Assembly: GCA_044892525.1 (NCBI GenBank)
Contig: CM097885.1
Coordinates: forward strand, 49,538,001-49,602,000
Direction of reading: 5' to 3'
Source of the DNA: Schmidtea polychroa
Lineage: Eukaryota
Length of the DNA stretch: 64,000 nucleotides
Each line of letters begins with the position of its first letter. The first letter of the stretch is position 1. Positions 36,401-50,700 of this stretch are shown here, in pieces. The translations under genes were made by a program, and so were the position numbers. Under the pieces are notes generated by a model. That model was given only the letters and a program-made list of their open reading frames with translations, was not told the origin of the DNA and did not search any database.

Positions 36401-39400
36401 GGCACGCGAAAAAAATTGAATTTAAATTTAGTTTATTTTGGCACTTTGATAAAAACCCATTTGCCATCCCTGATATAGGTACATATAACAAATAAAAGTT
36501 ATGAGGGCACGCGAAAAAAATTGAATTTAAATTTAGTTTATTTTGGCACTTTGATAAAAACCTATTTGCCATCCCTGTTATATATATTTGTATGGTTAAC
36601 GTTTAAAACTTAAATATATCATTAAAAATCTATGTTTTAGAAGTTGTATTATTTTTCCGTTTTAGTAATATTCGCCATTTATTATGTAATCAAAATTAAT
36701 TCAGTAAAAAAAAGGATAGTACAATTTAAACAATTGCTGCCAACTTCTTACTTTAAATCTTTTCTCTTTTTTAAATTGCATTTCAAAAATAAACAAATAT
36801 CAATCTATTAAAAAGAGAGCTTGAAGACTATAAGTGAATTTTCAAAATTCACTTGAAAAAGGCAGTGCCGAAAATTCGTCAGTATCAAAAAACATTGATA
36901 TATTATTGATTTATAGTCTTCAAGCTCTCTTTTTAATAAATTCAATGGAAAAAATAATCAGTGGTGAAATTGGAAAAAAATATTAATCTATTTTTATTAA
37001 TTCTAGTATTGTAAGCTTTTGAACTATCCGACATGGATAAAATATACTGTTCTTTTCATCTTAAATAAAGAAGTGTTTGATATTAATTATGACACAGGAG
37101 GAAAACTCGAAATCATTTTGAAACAATTGTTGTATAACAATTATTAGAAGCTGCTAACACATCTTCTAAATTATTTTTTAAATCCGGTTCAAAAGTTAAC
37201 GACATAATTCCAAGTTTTTATTTAATGAAATATTGTATAATTTGCAAACAAATTTTCAGCGTTGAATAAAATATTCCAGAAAACCATTTATTAAAATTTC
37301 GATATTTAAAAATATATTTATTTAAAAATGATCCGGTTAAAAATCTTGTATAATTTAAAAATTTAAAAATTACAATTTAAAAATTATTTTCAAAGATATT
37401 TTAAATAATCAATTATTTATCATTTAAAATTATCTTAATAATTTTTTGAAATATTTAACTCTCAGCTGAAAACACCTTACAACAATCATTGAATTCACGA
37501 TCTAGCTCACATTTTGCAAAAATGTATTTAATAAAATAAGAGAAATATTAATGCTCTTGATGTTGTCAGATATGACTCCTTATTCTTATATCTAGATAAT
37601 TCTCTTCAATTTTTTCTCAATGTAAATGTCTGTGTAATATATCTCGTTTGAACGGCATTTTATAACTTATTTAATTGGGAATATTTGCGTGATCAAGTTT
37701 GCAGAAATTCAATAAACAATGAATGAACTTGAAATTAAATTTTTTGAATTGTTGAATGTTGGGAAACAGTGTTGAGAATTATTGTTACACGTTGTCATTA
37801 TTACTATAATAATAATAATGGTTTCTATAGTGAATAACTATATTAGTATTTATTTTCTTTATCATATATGCTAACATTGATAAATAACAATTGTCCTTGG
37901 CCTAGAAAATGTTATTTAAAACGTCGATCATTATAAATATTTTCAAATTTAAGTCATTTTATTTATTTGTTTATTTCTTTATTAAAGTAAATATAATTTT
38001 TAATATCATCAATAACATTAAGTGTAATTGAGCTTTGTCAGCAAGGTGGGACCTCAGGTTTATCAATCTTAAGAACTTTCAGATTACTACGAATCTTAAA
38101 ATTAGTAAGATTTATGCCGGCTCTCCGACAGCAATTATTCGTAATGATTCGAACAATCGACAACGTTGCTACATTTTTTGCTCTTTTAATATTATTTATT
38201 TTCATCTTCAGGTAAGATTTTGTACCAATGTCATATAGAATATAACTCATAAAATAATAGTATTTTAGGAATGAGCCTATTTGGTTGTAAATTTTGTACA
38301 ATGGAAAATAATAAAAGAACATGTGATAGAAAGAATTTTGATTCATTGCTTTGGTCAATTGTAACAGTTTTTCAAGTATATTTTTGTTTTTAATTTAATT
38401 TTTAATTTATGATTAGATTTTACAAAATATTTCTTTTTAATTAATAACTTTGTTTCGTCAAATTGATCTAAACCCTAAAATAAATCAAATTACGAATACC
38501 TTTGAAATACAGTTCGTAGAGTGTTAATCTTACTTTGAATATTTTAAAAATTAATATACATAAATAATATAAATAAAAAATATTTGAGAACTATTGGCGC
38601 AATTCTGAAAAAAATCTTAAAAATAATAAAATTAGACAAATAGTATTGAATATTATGAAGTGATAATTTCTTGGTAGCAGCATTAACCTCTTAAGTGTCT
38701 ATGATGGATATTTACATCATCAACATATGCATTACAAAACGCATAAACGAATAAAAATATATCATAAATATTAATTTTGTTAACATATTATTTTAATAAA
38801 CATCATCCAATAAGATATTATTTTATTTTTTGTAACACTATGCCCAAGACGTATATATAAACAGTTAAATGATAATTTAAGCATTTTACTGCAAATAATA
38901 TATTTAATACAAATGAAAAAATTTCGACTATACGATAGTTCTTGTCAATTTCCTAATTAAATTTTTTCATTTGTATCAAATATATTATTTGCAGCAAAAG
39001 GCCTAAATTATCATTTAATTGTTTATATTATATCAATTATAACTATTCTAAAATAATATATAAATAAACTTTTATTATTGTTAGGGATATTTAAATAACT
39101 AATTTATAAATAAAATATATATTGTATTATAAGTATCAAATAATATTATAAAGTAAAAGTATAATAATATTATATAAGTATAAATGCTGGCACGCATAAT
39201 TATCATTATTAATTAATTTGCTATGTAAATCGGTTGTTTTAATAATACCAGATTTAGGCAATCAATTTGTATTTTAATATATCTTTAGACTTCAATTATT
39301 AACATGGTGACCCTGGCAATGATTAATAAAATGATCCCAGATATTTACGATGGCAGCGTCGATGTAGAAGTTTTTATTGGAGAATGCAAGAGGTATTTCC

Positions 39401-42400
39401 AATTATGTAGACAAGAACAATCCAGTCAAAGCATGATGATTAAATGTTTGATCGCAAGAGAGTTGTTGCCAATTTATGAAGCAATTGAAGAAACTGAAAC
39501 TTGTTTTGAAGACAAACTGAAAAAGGCTTTCAAGAAGCCAACGACGTTGATAGGGGATTTTCTAACCTTCTGCAATTATGAAAAGAATGATGATACTGCC
39601 CAAGTATATTTCGAAAAAATAGAAAAGATGATTAACCAAGTTCTTATTTTTTGGTCCATTGTATCAAAGACAAGGATACACAGAAAGAAATAAAGATGAG
39701 AGATGCAATGAGCGTCTACGAAATAAAAGGAGTGATAAAGAAGGTCGATGATATAAACATTGAGGTATCCGGAATCTCAGTTCTAAATAGAAAGAAGGAA
39801 ACGTTTGCGAGTATTGTCAAGACAAGACAAGGATTTGCCGATAGACAGAAGTGAACAAAGATATGATTCAACACCGAGGATGGAAGCCGATAATTTCCAG
39901 AACAGATTCCAACGAAGAGAAATGCCGGTTAGAAACAGACCAGTTATTATATGTTGGAATTGTCAGGAGGTGGACCATATGAGTCGAGAATGTCGGAAAC
40001 CAAGGGTTCAGAAATGTTTCCTATGTGGAAAAGAAGGGCACCAATTCAGAGAGTGCAATCAAAGAGCAAAGAATGCTGAGATGAGATATTTTTTGTGTAA
40101 AGATATTGGACACAACAGAAGAGAATGCCCGTCAATATCGTACTCAAGATGCGGTAAAAGAGGCCACTTACGATTTCAATGGTGGAATCAGACAGACAGA
40201 AGAAGATACGCAGACAAGCGTGGACCACCGAGATGGACACAGGTAGCCGCGTTTCAGAATGATCAAGCCGAGAACAACGAAATGATCTCATGTCAAGACG
40301 AAGATTACCAAAACCAAAAAGCTCCATCTTTAGGTGAGATGATCGGAGCAATGAATTAATGGGTAATAATGATGATTGTGTATGCCAGTATAATTGTATA
40401 AGTAGATAATAAAGTAGTAGTAAAGTGAATAGTATAATTCCTTTTGTAAATAATACACATAATGTAGAAAATATAAATAATAACATGAATAGTACAATTC
40501 CTTTCGTAGATAATTTAAATAAAGTATATAATAAAATGTTGGATGAGAATAATGTAATTAGAGATAAGTGTGGCAGTAGAATTGTAGAAAAATCGATATA
40601 GCTATAAAAGATAATGAGCTGGAAACAAATTTTAAAAAAGCGAATCAATGTGAAATACTGGAAAATGTTAAAAATAAAAAGTCAGTAAAAAATAAAGTTA
40701 CGGATATTCATGATGCAATTATTTTAAATATGCCGAATGAAAATAATTTTAAAAAAATAAAAATTGATGACGATAATAAAAAGAAATGCGGAAATAATTG
40801 CACTCAAATTTTGTCGAATGATGACGTAAAAAAATTAAAAAAAGCAGAAAATATGATTTATGCACATAATGAAAAGGATTGAATATTTGATACATGTGAC
40901 TGTAGAATACAAAATAGAAGTGAAACATATTTGAAGAAGGATCAGTATAATATTGTTTATGCTAAAATGTGCGGACGTTCAAGTGTAAAAATAGGCATAA
41001 ATAATTACTCTAAAAATTGTTTGTTGAATACAGGAGCTAGAATGAATGTGATTGATAGTTCGATTATAAAAGAGATCGGAAATCCAGTTTTAAACGAACA
41101 CGGAGACAAAATCTGGTGCGCAAATGGTAGTTCATTAAAAACTTTGGGATGACTCAAGCTTAGAATAAATATAGGAAATAGAGAAGAAAATATTGTTTTT
41201 GTAGTAGTTAAAAATGTATCTCCATCGATAATTGGAGGAATCTATTTATTATGTAGGTTTGACATTAAATTAATGAAAGTTATCGAAAATAACAGCGCAA
41301 ATGCAATCGAATATAATAATGTGTTAAAAAGAAAAAAAAACATTTTCAGTGTTTTAGCCTCAGAATTGAAACAGAATAAAAGTGTGGTGCATGAGAATTA
41401 AATGTTATAATTATGCTATTTCCATGGTGTAAGATCATTCTGGGTGCTGTGTCAACTCTACATTTTTCAAATTTTCGGCGCGAAGCCGGACAATAAAGCT
41501 AATATTTATTTATAATAGGAAATCAAATTACTTACGCAATACACCTGTCTGTTTTAGTTATGAGGCTTAAAGTGCTAAGAAAAATCAGTCTTTCTTTTGT
41601 TAGTACAAGAAAATTCGTTTTTGAATTTTTAAATATATATGTCTATCTATACACCTTCATAATTATTTTATTTTAAAATATTTGATACATGAAATCATTT
41701 AACATTCCAAGTCAAACAATATATAAATTGTTCATTTTTTAAATTTTTTTATAAAGTCCAATGCAAACTGACTTTTTTGCACATGCTACGAATTGCTGTA
41801 ATGAATACTTCATATTTCATTTATTGCCCTAAAAAAATTAATTTTCTTATGTAACAAAACTTTTTTGGCAGTTTATTAGATTTCTATTATTTATTAATTT
41901 CGAGTAACTATGACAAAATAAATGCTTTCATGCTCATATTGTCGAGGAAAAGTTTGTTTTTTCATGTTTATCATGTTAATATAAAAGTATAATTTCTTTA
42001 TAATAACTATTTTATTAAATATTAGAAATTAGTTAGAAACATTTGTAATTTGCACAATATAAAATAATATAAATAAATCATAAGTCATTTGTATATGGGT
42101 TACTAGTTTTAACTTGTGAAAAGTCACGTGATGTACTAACAGAATTTATAATAACATTTGTCATGATAGTGGTGATTTGAAACTTCGGGTGTACGGAAAA
42201 CGGTACTTATATATGTTGAGTATTTATTAGATTTATTTATTTACTGTAATTATTCATTGTCTATTTATGTTGAACTTTTTTTTATTATTTTCTTTTATTA
42301 TTTTTTTTATTTTTTTTATTATTTTTTTAATTTTTTCTATTTTAATGAATTAAGATTGCTATATAAACATACAAGTGATACACAACTAGTGAAAAAAAGA

Positions 42401-43478
42401 AATCGGAAAATTGACAAAACTTATTATTTTACAAATAAAATCATAATCAATTATTAATTGAATCCAAGATTTTTAATTATATTTCAAATTTTTTTAATTG
42501 AATAATCTGTTGACATAATTTTTTTCAATGGAAAAAACTATTTTAGGTTAATAAATTTTGTTAAAAATAATTTATTCATGAAATTGTTAACGAGACTTGA
42601 AGATTAATATTAATGGAACATTATTAATATACCATCGAGTTCATCGCTAATTTTTTGTCTACCATAAAATTTATTTTGCCATACAAAATGCCATGTTGTC
42701 AACGAAGAAAATAAGATTAATAATTTATAAAACTGATATGGAAATTAATATTTTTTAATTTCATTTTTTTACTCGACTATAAATAAATTATAAAAAATTA
42801 CAATCAGCATTTTTTGTTTATTTGGTGAATTATATTTTTAGGTTACAAGCAAAATTATATATTTAAAAAATGGAATAAATTTTAATATTTATTAACCAAA
42901 TATTACTAAAATCTTTTATTTTTTGTCTATCTTTGATCTTTTCTTGTTTTGTTTTCTTAGTTTCATTTCCTCTTTGTAAAACAAATTTTTGAAACTGTCT
43001 TTGGCAAATGTTTTTTTATGAATTACTATATCAATTCTCAAATGAAAAGATTAAGGCGAATCTAAAAATTTTAAAAGGATGCGGCAATGACGCTCGGATT
43101 CAGATTAGAGTACTAAACCTATGAGAAGCTATAGAAACTCAACACAAAAATATATATCTCTGAGCATTAACAAATAAGATATCATTTTAAAATGTTTAAT
43201 TCATAAAATATTATATTCCAAATCAAGTTCCAAAAAACATTCAAATATACTATGTCCAAAAATTTGCATAAAATTTTGTAATTATTAAATGAAGTTTCTT
43301 CATTTTCAGATTTTAACTCAAGAGGATTGGAATACTGTATTATACAACGGAATGCATAAAACGTCGTCTTGGGCTGCACTTTATTTCATTGCTTTGATGA
43401 CTTTCGGAAATTATGTTTTATTCAATCTCCTCGTGGCAATATTAGTAGAAGGATTTTCTTCAGAAGTAAATGATACTG

Positions 43479-43565
<87 letters not shown>

Positions 43566-45712
43566 CTAATAATTAATTAACTTTAATTGATTTTCATCTA
43601 CATTTTTAGCAAGTTAAAAATAAAATACTTATTTTCAATATTTTAGGAAATAATTCTTATTTGAAATATAATTCGAAGATTTTCGAATATAATTTAAATT
43701 TTATTACAAGTGACAAAAGTCAGGGAAAATTGAAAGAAAATTCATTTATTCGGTTGAAATGTTTAGACGTCTGTTTGTTTTCTTGATTTCCAGTTAAAGA
43801 ACTGACTCGCGCTTAATGATTTTGTAAGAAATTTTGTTTTCTAGACATTTGTCGGGCAGTTGATAAACCAAAATATTTATATGAGAAAATAATTCTTTTG
43901 TAATATACAGCTACAATTTGTGAAAATGAGAAGAATAACGAAAAACCTTTTTTAATATTTTTTATGAAAGTTTTATTATGAATAAAATAACAAAAAATGT
44001 ATCTTTTCATGAAAAATATATAATAGAAACTTTTTATTTTATATTTAGAAGCGTTCTATGGATTGTAGGAGTAAGATTGAATATTCAACATAAATATTTA
44101 TTATTAAACCTTTTATTATATCTTGAATAATCTTCTCATTCTTGGGAAGATATATCGTCACTCAAAATCAAATAACAAAATATTATATTTATAAATCTTA
44201 TCCAAATTCAATCAGTTATAAGCAGAAAAATGTATACGTGTCCCGATGAATGTACACACACACTCACTTACTATGGACATATATTCAAAATCATGGGGCA
44301 AAGAAAAATACATCGAATTCTATTCACAAACATCATGATGAAAAATAAGTTCGCCTTTTCAAGTTAATTACATATCGGAGTAATTTCTATGCAACTACAA
44401 AAAATACTAAGTGAATATTATGTTCAAATGGTCCGCTTATAGTATCTGTTTACGTGCATTTAGTTTTGAAAGGTGAATAAAGATGCTACTATGTTGGCGG
44501 TTTTCTTAACATTCATTCATCTTTAATCTATTCTTATTAAGATTTTCTATATTTTCATTTCTTTCAAACTATAAATTATTATTTTGTTTTATATGTAATA
44601 AAATATTAATGAAATGAATAAAGATTAAGAAATTTTTACGTAAAATTTACACTGATTAAAAATTAAAAAAATAAACTAAACCAGCCATTTTAATTATATC
44701 TAAAGATTGACTAATATATTTTTACAGCACGTTTACAAAGATTGGTGGTTAGAATTAAAATTTCCTACGGTCAGAATGTAACAGTTGTGTAAAATAAATC
44801 TTTGTGTAGTTTTAAGGATTTTCTAGGGTCGGTAATGTTGGAACTTAGAATAGTTTTGTCGAATCATTTAAGGTTTCTTATAAATTTTTGACATATTTTT
44901 AATTAACCCCATTTATTGAGTTAATGTCTCTGGACCATTTTTAATATACTTCTAGAGAATTTTGAAGACCCTTAATGAAAATAAATATTAAAATGTATAT
45001 TGCAAATTAGGTGAAAATACTAAAATTGTTTTTAAAACTCTAAATATTTATTTTCGCATGATTAAGGTGAAAATGAGTATCAAGAGTCAAACAAGACAAA
45101 AAGAGTGATTATAAAAATTATAATCCTTCGTGTTGAATTTTATAGAAAAAAATTTATTTTTATAATGACTTATAGGTATATTTCTTTTGCTACAAAAAGT
45201 TCGTCGATTATTTTCTTTTGGTTGAATAGTATCTGCAAAGAAATATTCCCTAAAATTTCTAATATACTATCGATGCCACATGATAATTTTTATTTCTATC
45301 ATTAATGTGCTTTATATTCAATATTTCAACAATCAATCTCGAAACAACACTTATTTTTGAACCTTTATCAAAAATCGAATAAATTTTATTTAATATTATT
45401 AAAAGCCTACCATCAAAATTACAATACACTAGAACAAATACATTTTTATAGCATTTACATAAAATTTAAAATTATCATTAAATTTATTTATAGGTCAAAC
45501 ATTATTATCATTATTAGTCAAAAAATAGATTCATTTTCAAGCTGGTTATTAAAAATATTGTATAAAAATAATAAATTATCAAATTATTAATGGAGAAATA
45601 ATCAATATTTGTACTAAATCTTAAACAAATTGAAATCAAAATAATACAATTAACGTCACCTTTTCTCCATATTATTATCATTTTACATTTTTACATCTTT
45701 AAATTTAATTGA

Positions 45713-45774
<62 letters not shown>

Positions 45775-47670
45775 GAGACTGGATGAACAAAAGCTTCTGC
45801 ATAATTATCGGCAATCTTTAAAGAAAAGAAGAGCAAATAATAAACAACTTAGAATCATACAAAATCATTCAGAAAATTTAGTATTTTTTACGAATCCGAT
45901 ACAGAAAGATCAAACGGGTGAAAGTGCATTTTTATTATTAATTTTTTGAATTTAATTAGTTGTATCATTAGATCAAAAAATATCTAGTCAGCCACCAGTT
46001 ATAATTCATACTGCTGCTACCCCAATGCCAACTCCAAGAAGTAGTCCTTATAATGAATTGATAACCACTCCACATACCACTTTTCCTCATACGAATACCT
46101 CAAATTCTCAGTCCATACTTTCTATAAATAAAAGTTTTGAAACTGTGAGTATAAATAAATGATAACTCATTTTATATATCATTTATATATTTATATTCTC
46201 CCATATTTTCCTTTGTTATTTACAGTATTATGTCTTTCATTTTATATATACATATAGATTTAGTAGACAGATAGATCTAGAGATTTCATATTGTTCTCAA
46301 TGTTTATTTTGAAATGTTAATAATTGTAAACAAAACACTAACCAGATTTATAATAAATTTCAAGATTTTCAAATCCGAAAATTATTTTTATTTAACATTT
46401 TCTATTAGGAATGATATGTTTAACAAATTTTGANNNNNNNNNNNNNNNNNNNNNNNNNNNNNNNNNNNNNNNNNNNNNNNNNNNNNNNNNNNNNNNNNNN
46501 NNNNNNNNNNNNNNNNNNNNNNNNNNNNNNNNNNNNNNNNNNNNNNNNNNNNNNNNNNNNNNNTCAGGTTTTTATGATTTAATTTCAAAATTCAAATTTT
46601 TTCATAATTTCCTTTTCGTATTAATTTTTCTGTAATACTGTATTTTTACTAGTATAAGTCGCACTATTCTGTCAATTTTTTAAATACGGTATATTAATTA
46701 ATTTTGAATTTGATAAGTATTGTATGTAAATAATAATTGTAAATAAAATATTAACAATTTAAATGTAAGTATAATTATAATATAATTATAAAATTTAAAT
46801 TAATAGAATGACTGTAGACTGATGTTTTCTTGCTCAAAATAATGTTGTCTTAAAATAATCCTCTTGTTTGAATATTGTGAATAATAATAAATTTTTGAAT
46901 CAAATTTTTAGTTAATTTAAATAATACAATTATTTATCTGTTCACACAGTCTAACAAATATATTTAGGCTGAAAATATTTGCATAAAGATTGATATTTTA
47001 TAATAATACGAAACAATGTCTTTAAAATGTCAAGACTTGTTATTTGAAATCTGTAAAATCTTTTAAAAGAGTATTATTAATCTCGTTATGAATTTTGTGA
47101 ATATAAGACATTGAATCTTGGAGTTCTTAATTTGACGATTACCTTCGAAAGTCTATTCGTTTTCTGCCACTTGAATTTTTCACATATATTTTCTTTCAGC
47201 CTTTATTGCATTTATCGAAATTTATCATAGTTGATAAGTTATATGAATGCACTTATTTGTAAATGTTATTTTCTTCATGTCTAGTTGTAAATTTTACACT
47301 TTGTTTACTTAAAATGTAAGAAAATTGTAGTAACATTCTTATTGATAAATGATACATTAATTTAGACGTCAAGTAGAAATATAAACACCACCACATTACA
47401 AGAGGAAACCTCAATAAAAGCAGGAATGATAAATGCAAAGCAAAAGTTTGTTGCTATAATATCAATCGTCGTCTTCTATTTATTTTTATGCTTTAGTTTA
47501 GATAGTACATTATTCGTTGACCATCATATTCCTATTCAAAAAAGTCCAAAATCCAATGGCTTGAACGTTAAGCTAGTTTCAATTCCGATTCCTTATGCAA
47601 CAAATGGATCTAATTTTATTATTCCATCCAGGTATGTAGAAATTAGTCTAGCAAACATTTATTATTATAC

Positions 47671-47757
<87 letters not shown>

Positions 47758-50700
47758 TGAATTGTTACTTATTTGTTAAATACCTTTATATTTCAATGAT
47801 TGAAAATTTAATATTAAAGAATTTATTTAATTAAATTGATATAGAAATCTAATTTCAGTATTTTACTACGTCAAGGTTCCATCAACAGTTTCATGGGAAG
47901 TGTCAACAGTGATCGAAGCAAAGTTCTTATGGATGAAAAAAAAAGTGTTTCAGAAACGGATGAAAAAACACTAAGTCGGCAGTCGTCTTTCAAAAGCTTT
48001 ATGGCATATAAAAACAAGATTAATCAGTTAACTATTCCGTTTTCTAATAGATATAGTCTTTCATTAGATAGTGAGGGAAAATCAAATTATCAATTTAAAA
48101 TGAATTATCTTTTGGCACGTGAAAAAGCGCTAGAAGAACCGGATGATACAAATTCAGAATCACAAAATTCTTCTAGAATGAATAATGTTGAGGATCGAGA
48201 TGAAGAAGACATGGAAGCAATGGTAATGATAATAGTAATGATAATATATTCGGTGTTTTCACAAAGCTAAAATTATATTATGGTTTTTATAATTATTATT
48301 ATTAACAATATTTATTACAAGAACTGATTGAAAATAATTATAAACTATAACAAATAAACAAATATTAAATATTATTTTAAAAGTCACTAAAATTTTTAAG
48401 CACTTGGTTAATTTAATTAAAAATGATTTCCATTTTTTTTAAATTTATTTGTTCATTTTTGATTTGTTTTCCTTTAACATTATATTTATATTCTTATGCT
48501 ACACTAATTTTCGGCACAAACTTTATCATAGTAGTTGATAATACTTTATAAATGCAGTGTTACATATGAAAAAAAATAAACGAAATCTTTATACTTAATT
48601 TATTTAGTTTAATTATTTTGAAATAAAATAATTAATTAACATGACCATAATTTTATTTCACTATAAATTTAGACAGTTTCCCTGCTATCATCAAGTAAGA
48701 TTGAAAAAATTATAGATAAAATGGATTTGATCAACAAATTACAAACTTAAACCATTTAAATAGTTTGAGTGGTAAATTAAGAGTATGTGGATTGTTGTTG
48801 TTGCTTTCAAATGTATTGAATAAATAATTTTGTTATAAAAATATTGTTAAGATTATTGATTAATTGTTAGAATTAAGATCAAAATTAATAATAAAATGTG
48901 CCTATAAAAAATATGTCCAAACTTTTTTGAGCCACGGCACACTTGGCTGAAAATAAAATTTTCGAGGCACACCTAAATTTTTTTTGCTTTATTTGAAATT
49001 TGTTATTGCACTTTTACTAATCTTTTAATAAGAAATTAAAAACTTATTTACTTGAAATAAATTTAATGTAAAAAATTTTAAATATAAATATGATTGTAAA
49101 CAAATAAATTTCGCACTTAATTGACTGATCAACATTTAAATTTGAAATAACTGTTAAAATATCCACAATTCAATTTCCTTTTATTAAGTTGTTTGGAAAA
49201 ACAGGGTTTTTTTGACTTGTTTTTAAAAAAATTTCACGGCACACAGGTTGGACAACACTGTTCTAAAGCAATATAAACTTTACGGTAATGTTTCACACTA
49301 AATTATACTTTTATTGTTTTGAGTTTATTATTAATATATTTGTTAAATTTTTTTTATCTATATTTGAATTTTAAGTTCCCTACAAAATTTTACGTCCTCA
49401 TTTTGAACATTTTTATTGGCTAATGTCAAACAAAAATCCTTAATGTTACCAATTAATATAATAAAATTTTCTTCAACGTTTAATGATAAAATCCTAAATG
49501 GTTATCATCAAATTTGACTCAGGGGAAACCATTCACTCAAAAGACAACTATTTTCCAATTACTTAATTTATCATTATTGTTGGATAAAACGATTGTTAAC
49601 GACGAAATGTTGTCATTTTTATATGACGGCATAAAATATTTTTATTTTTCATTTATTTAAATTTCCCTCTAAATCTTTGAAGTGTGTTTAATTTCTATTT
49701 TTGTTTATTACTATTACCAATAAAGCATTTTTTTCGTTTTCATCATTGTTTGAAGAAATCATTTATATTATTATTACAACCAGTAAAATCGTTTGTAATT
49801 TTATTTTCATTATCTATCGAAATTATAAATATAATAAAGATAATAATTATTAATTTTAAAAATATATTTAATAAAAAATGTAATCAAAATTAAAAAAATA
49901 TGAGTGTTGTAAATGTACATTTACAATTCAGCGGTATTTTTATTTGTCATATTAACATATATAAATTGAAAGAGATTTGTGAAAAAGAAATAAACGGATT
50001 TGACATCATATTGTTTTAAATTATTTAGATCATTTTAGGATAACGACAGATTTTATGTATAAGAATAAAATAGGAAAATTTACAAAGTTGTCATCAAATT
50101 AAAATCTTTTTAAAGCTGTCATGTTTAAAATTATTGAGAAAAACATCATTTTCTGGTAAAAATAATTACTAAATTAACACGTTTAAAAATATCTTGTAAC
50201 TGAATAAATTTGAATAAAAATTTTTTATTGAAAATATTTTTATTTTTGTAAGTTTTTTATTGTTCCTTTTTGCAAATTAGGTTTACTAGAATTTTATTTG
50301 ATTGAATTCTTTTCTAGGTTTTCTTGTTTGTATTTTAAATACATTTTGTAACTATTTGAGACAACTGGAATTTTTATAAATGACTAAATGAATTGGAAAA
50401 TTTCATTTTTTCTGTTAGATAAAAAAATCTAATAATGTTAAAATAATTCTTGAACTATTTTGAGATTATATGTCTTATTCATATTATCAACTACCTTCAA
50501 ACTATCTAAACAAGATATAAAATCCTATGATTTGAAGGCTACAAAGGTTTAACTAGTTCATTCCTAGTTGGGAGGGGTACTCATCTTTGCAAATAAAATT
50601 CGGAATATCTGGGATTTTAAGACGAAAAAGATGTTAAAAATTGTTTTAAATTGCGTAACGTCATTTATAGACAGCCCTTTAAAATGCAGAGATTTTAGAT

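Noticed and set aside
30371-36572. Antisense ORFs within the hAT copies; TGA recoding as an alternative genetic code
   Set aside because: Shadows of the transposase; viral and host ORFs use TGA as a normal stop.
40046-40648. 200-aa hydrophobic minus-strand ORF
   Set aside because: Low-complexity antisense frame over the Gypsy relic.
43466-43576. Poly-Leu tails (also 47632-47779)
   Set aside because: Read-through of donor sites into (TTA)n microsatellites.
45713-45772. (AAT)20 as a coding poly-Asn tract
   Set aside because: In-frame TGA at 45710-45712 and no acceptor between it and the repeat.
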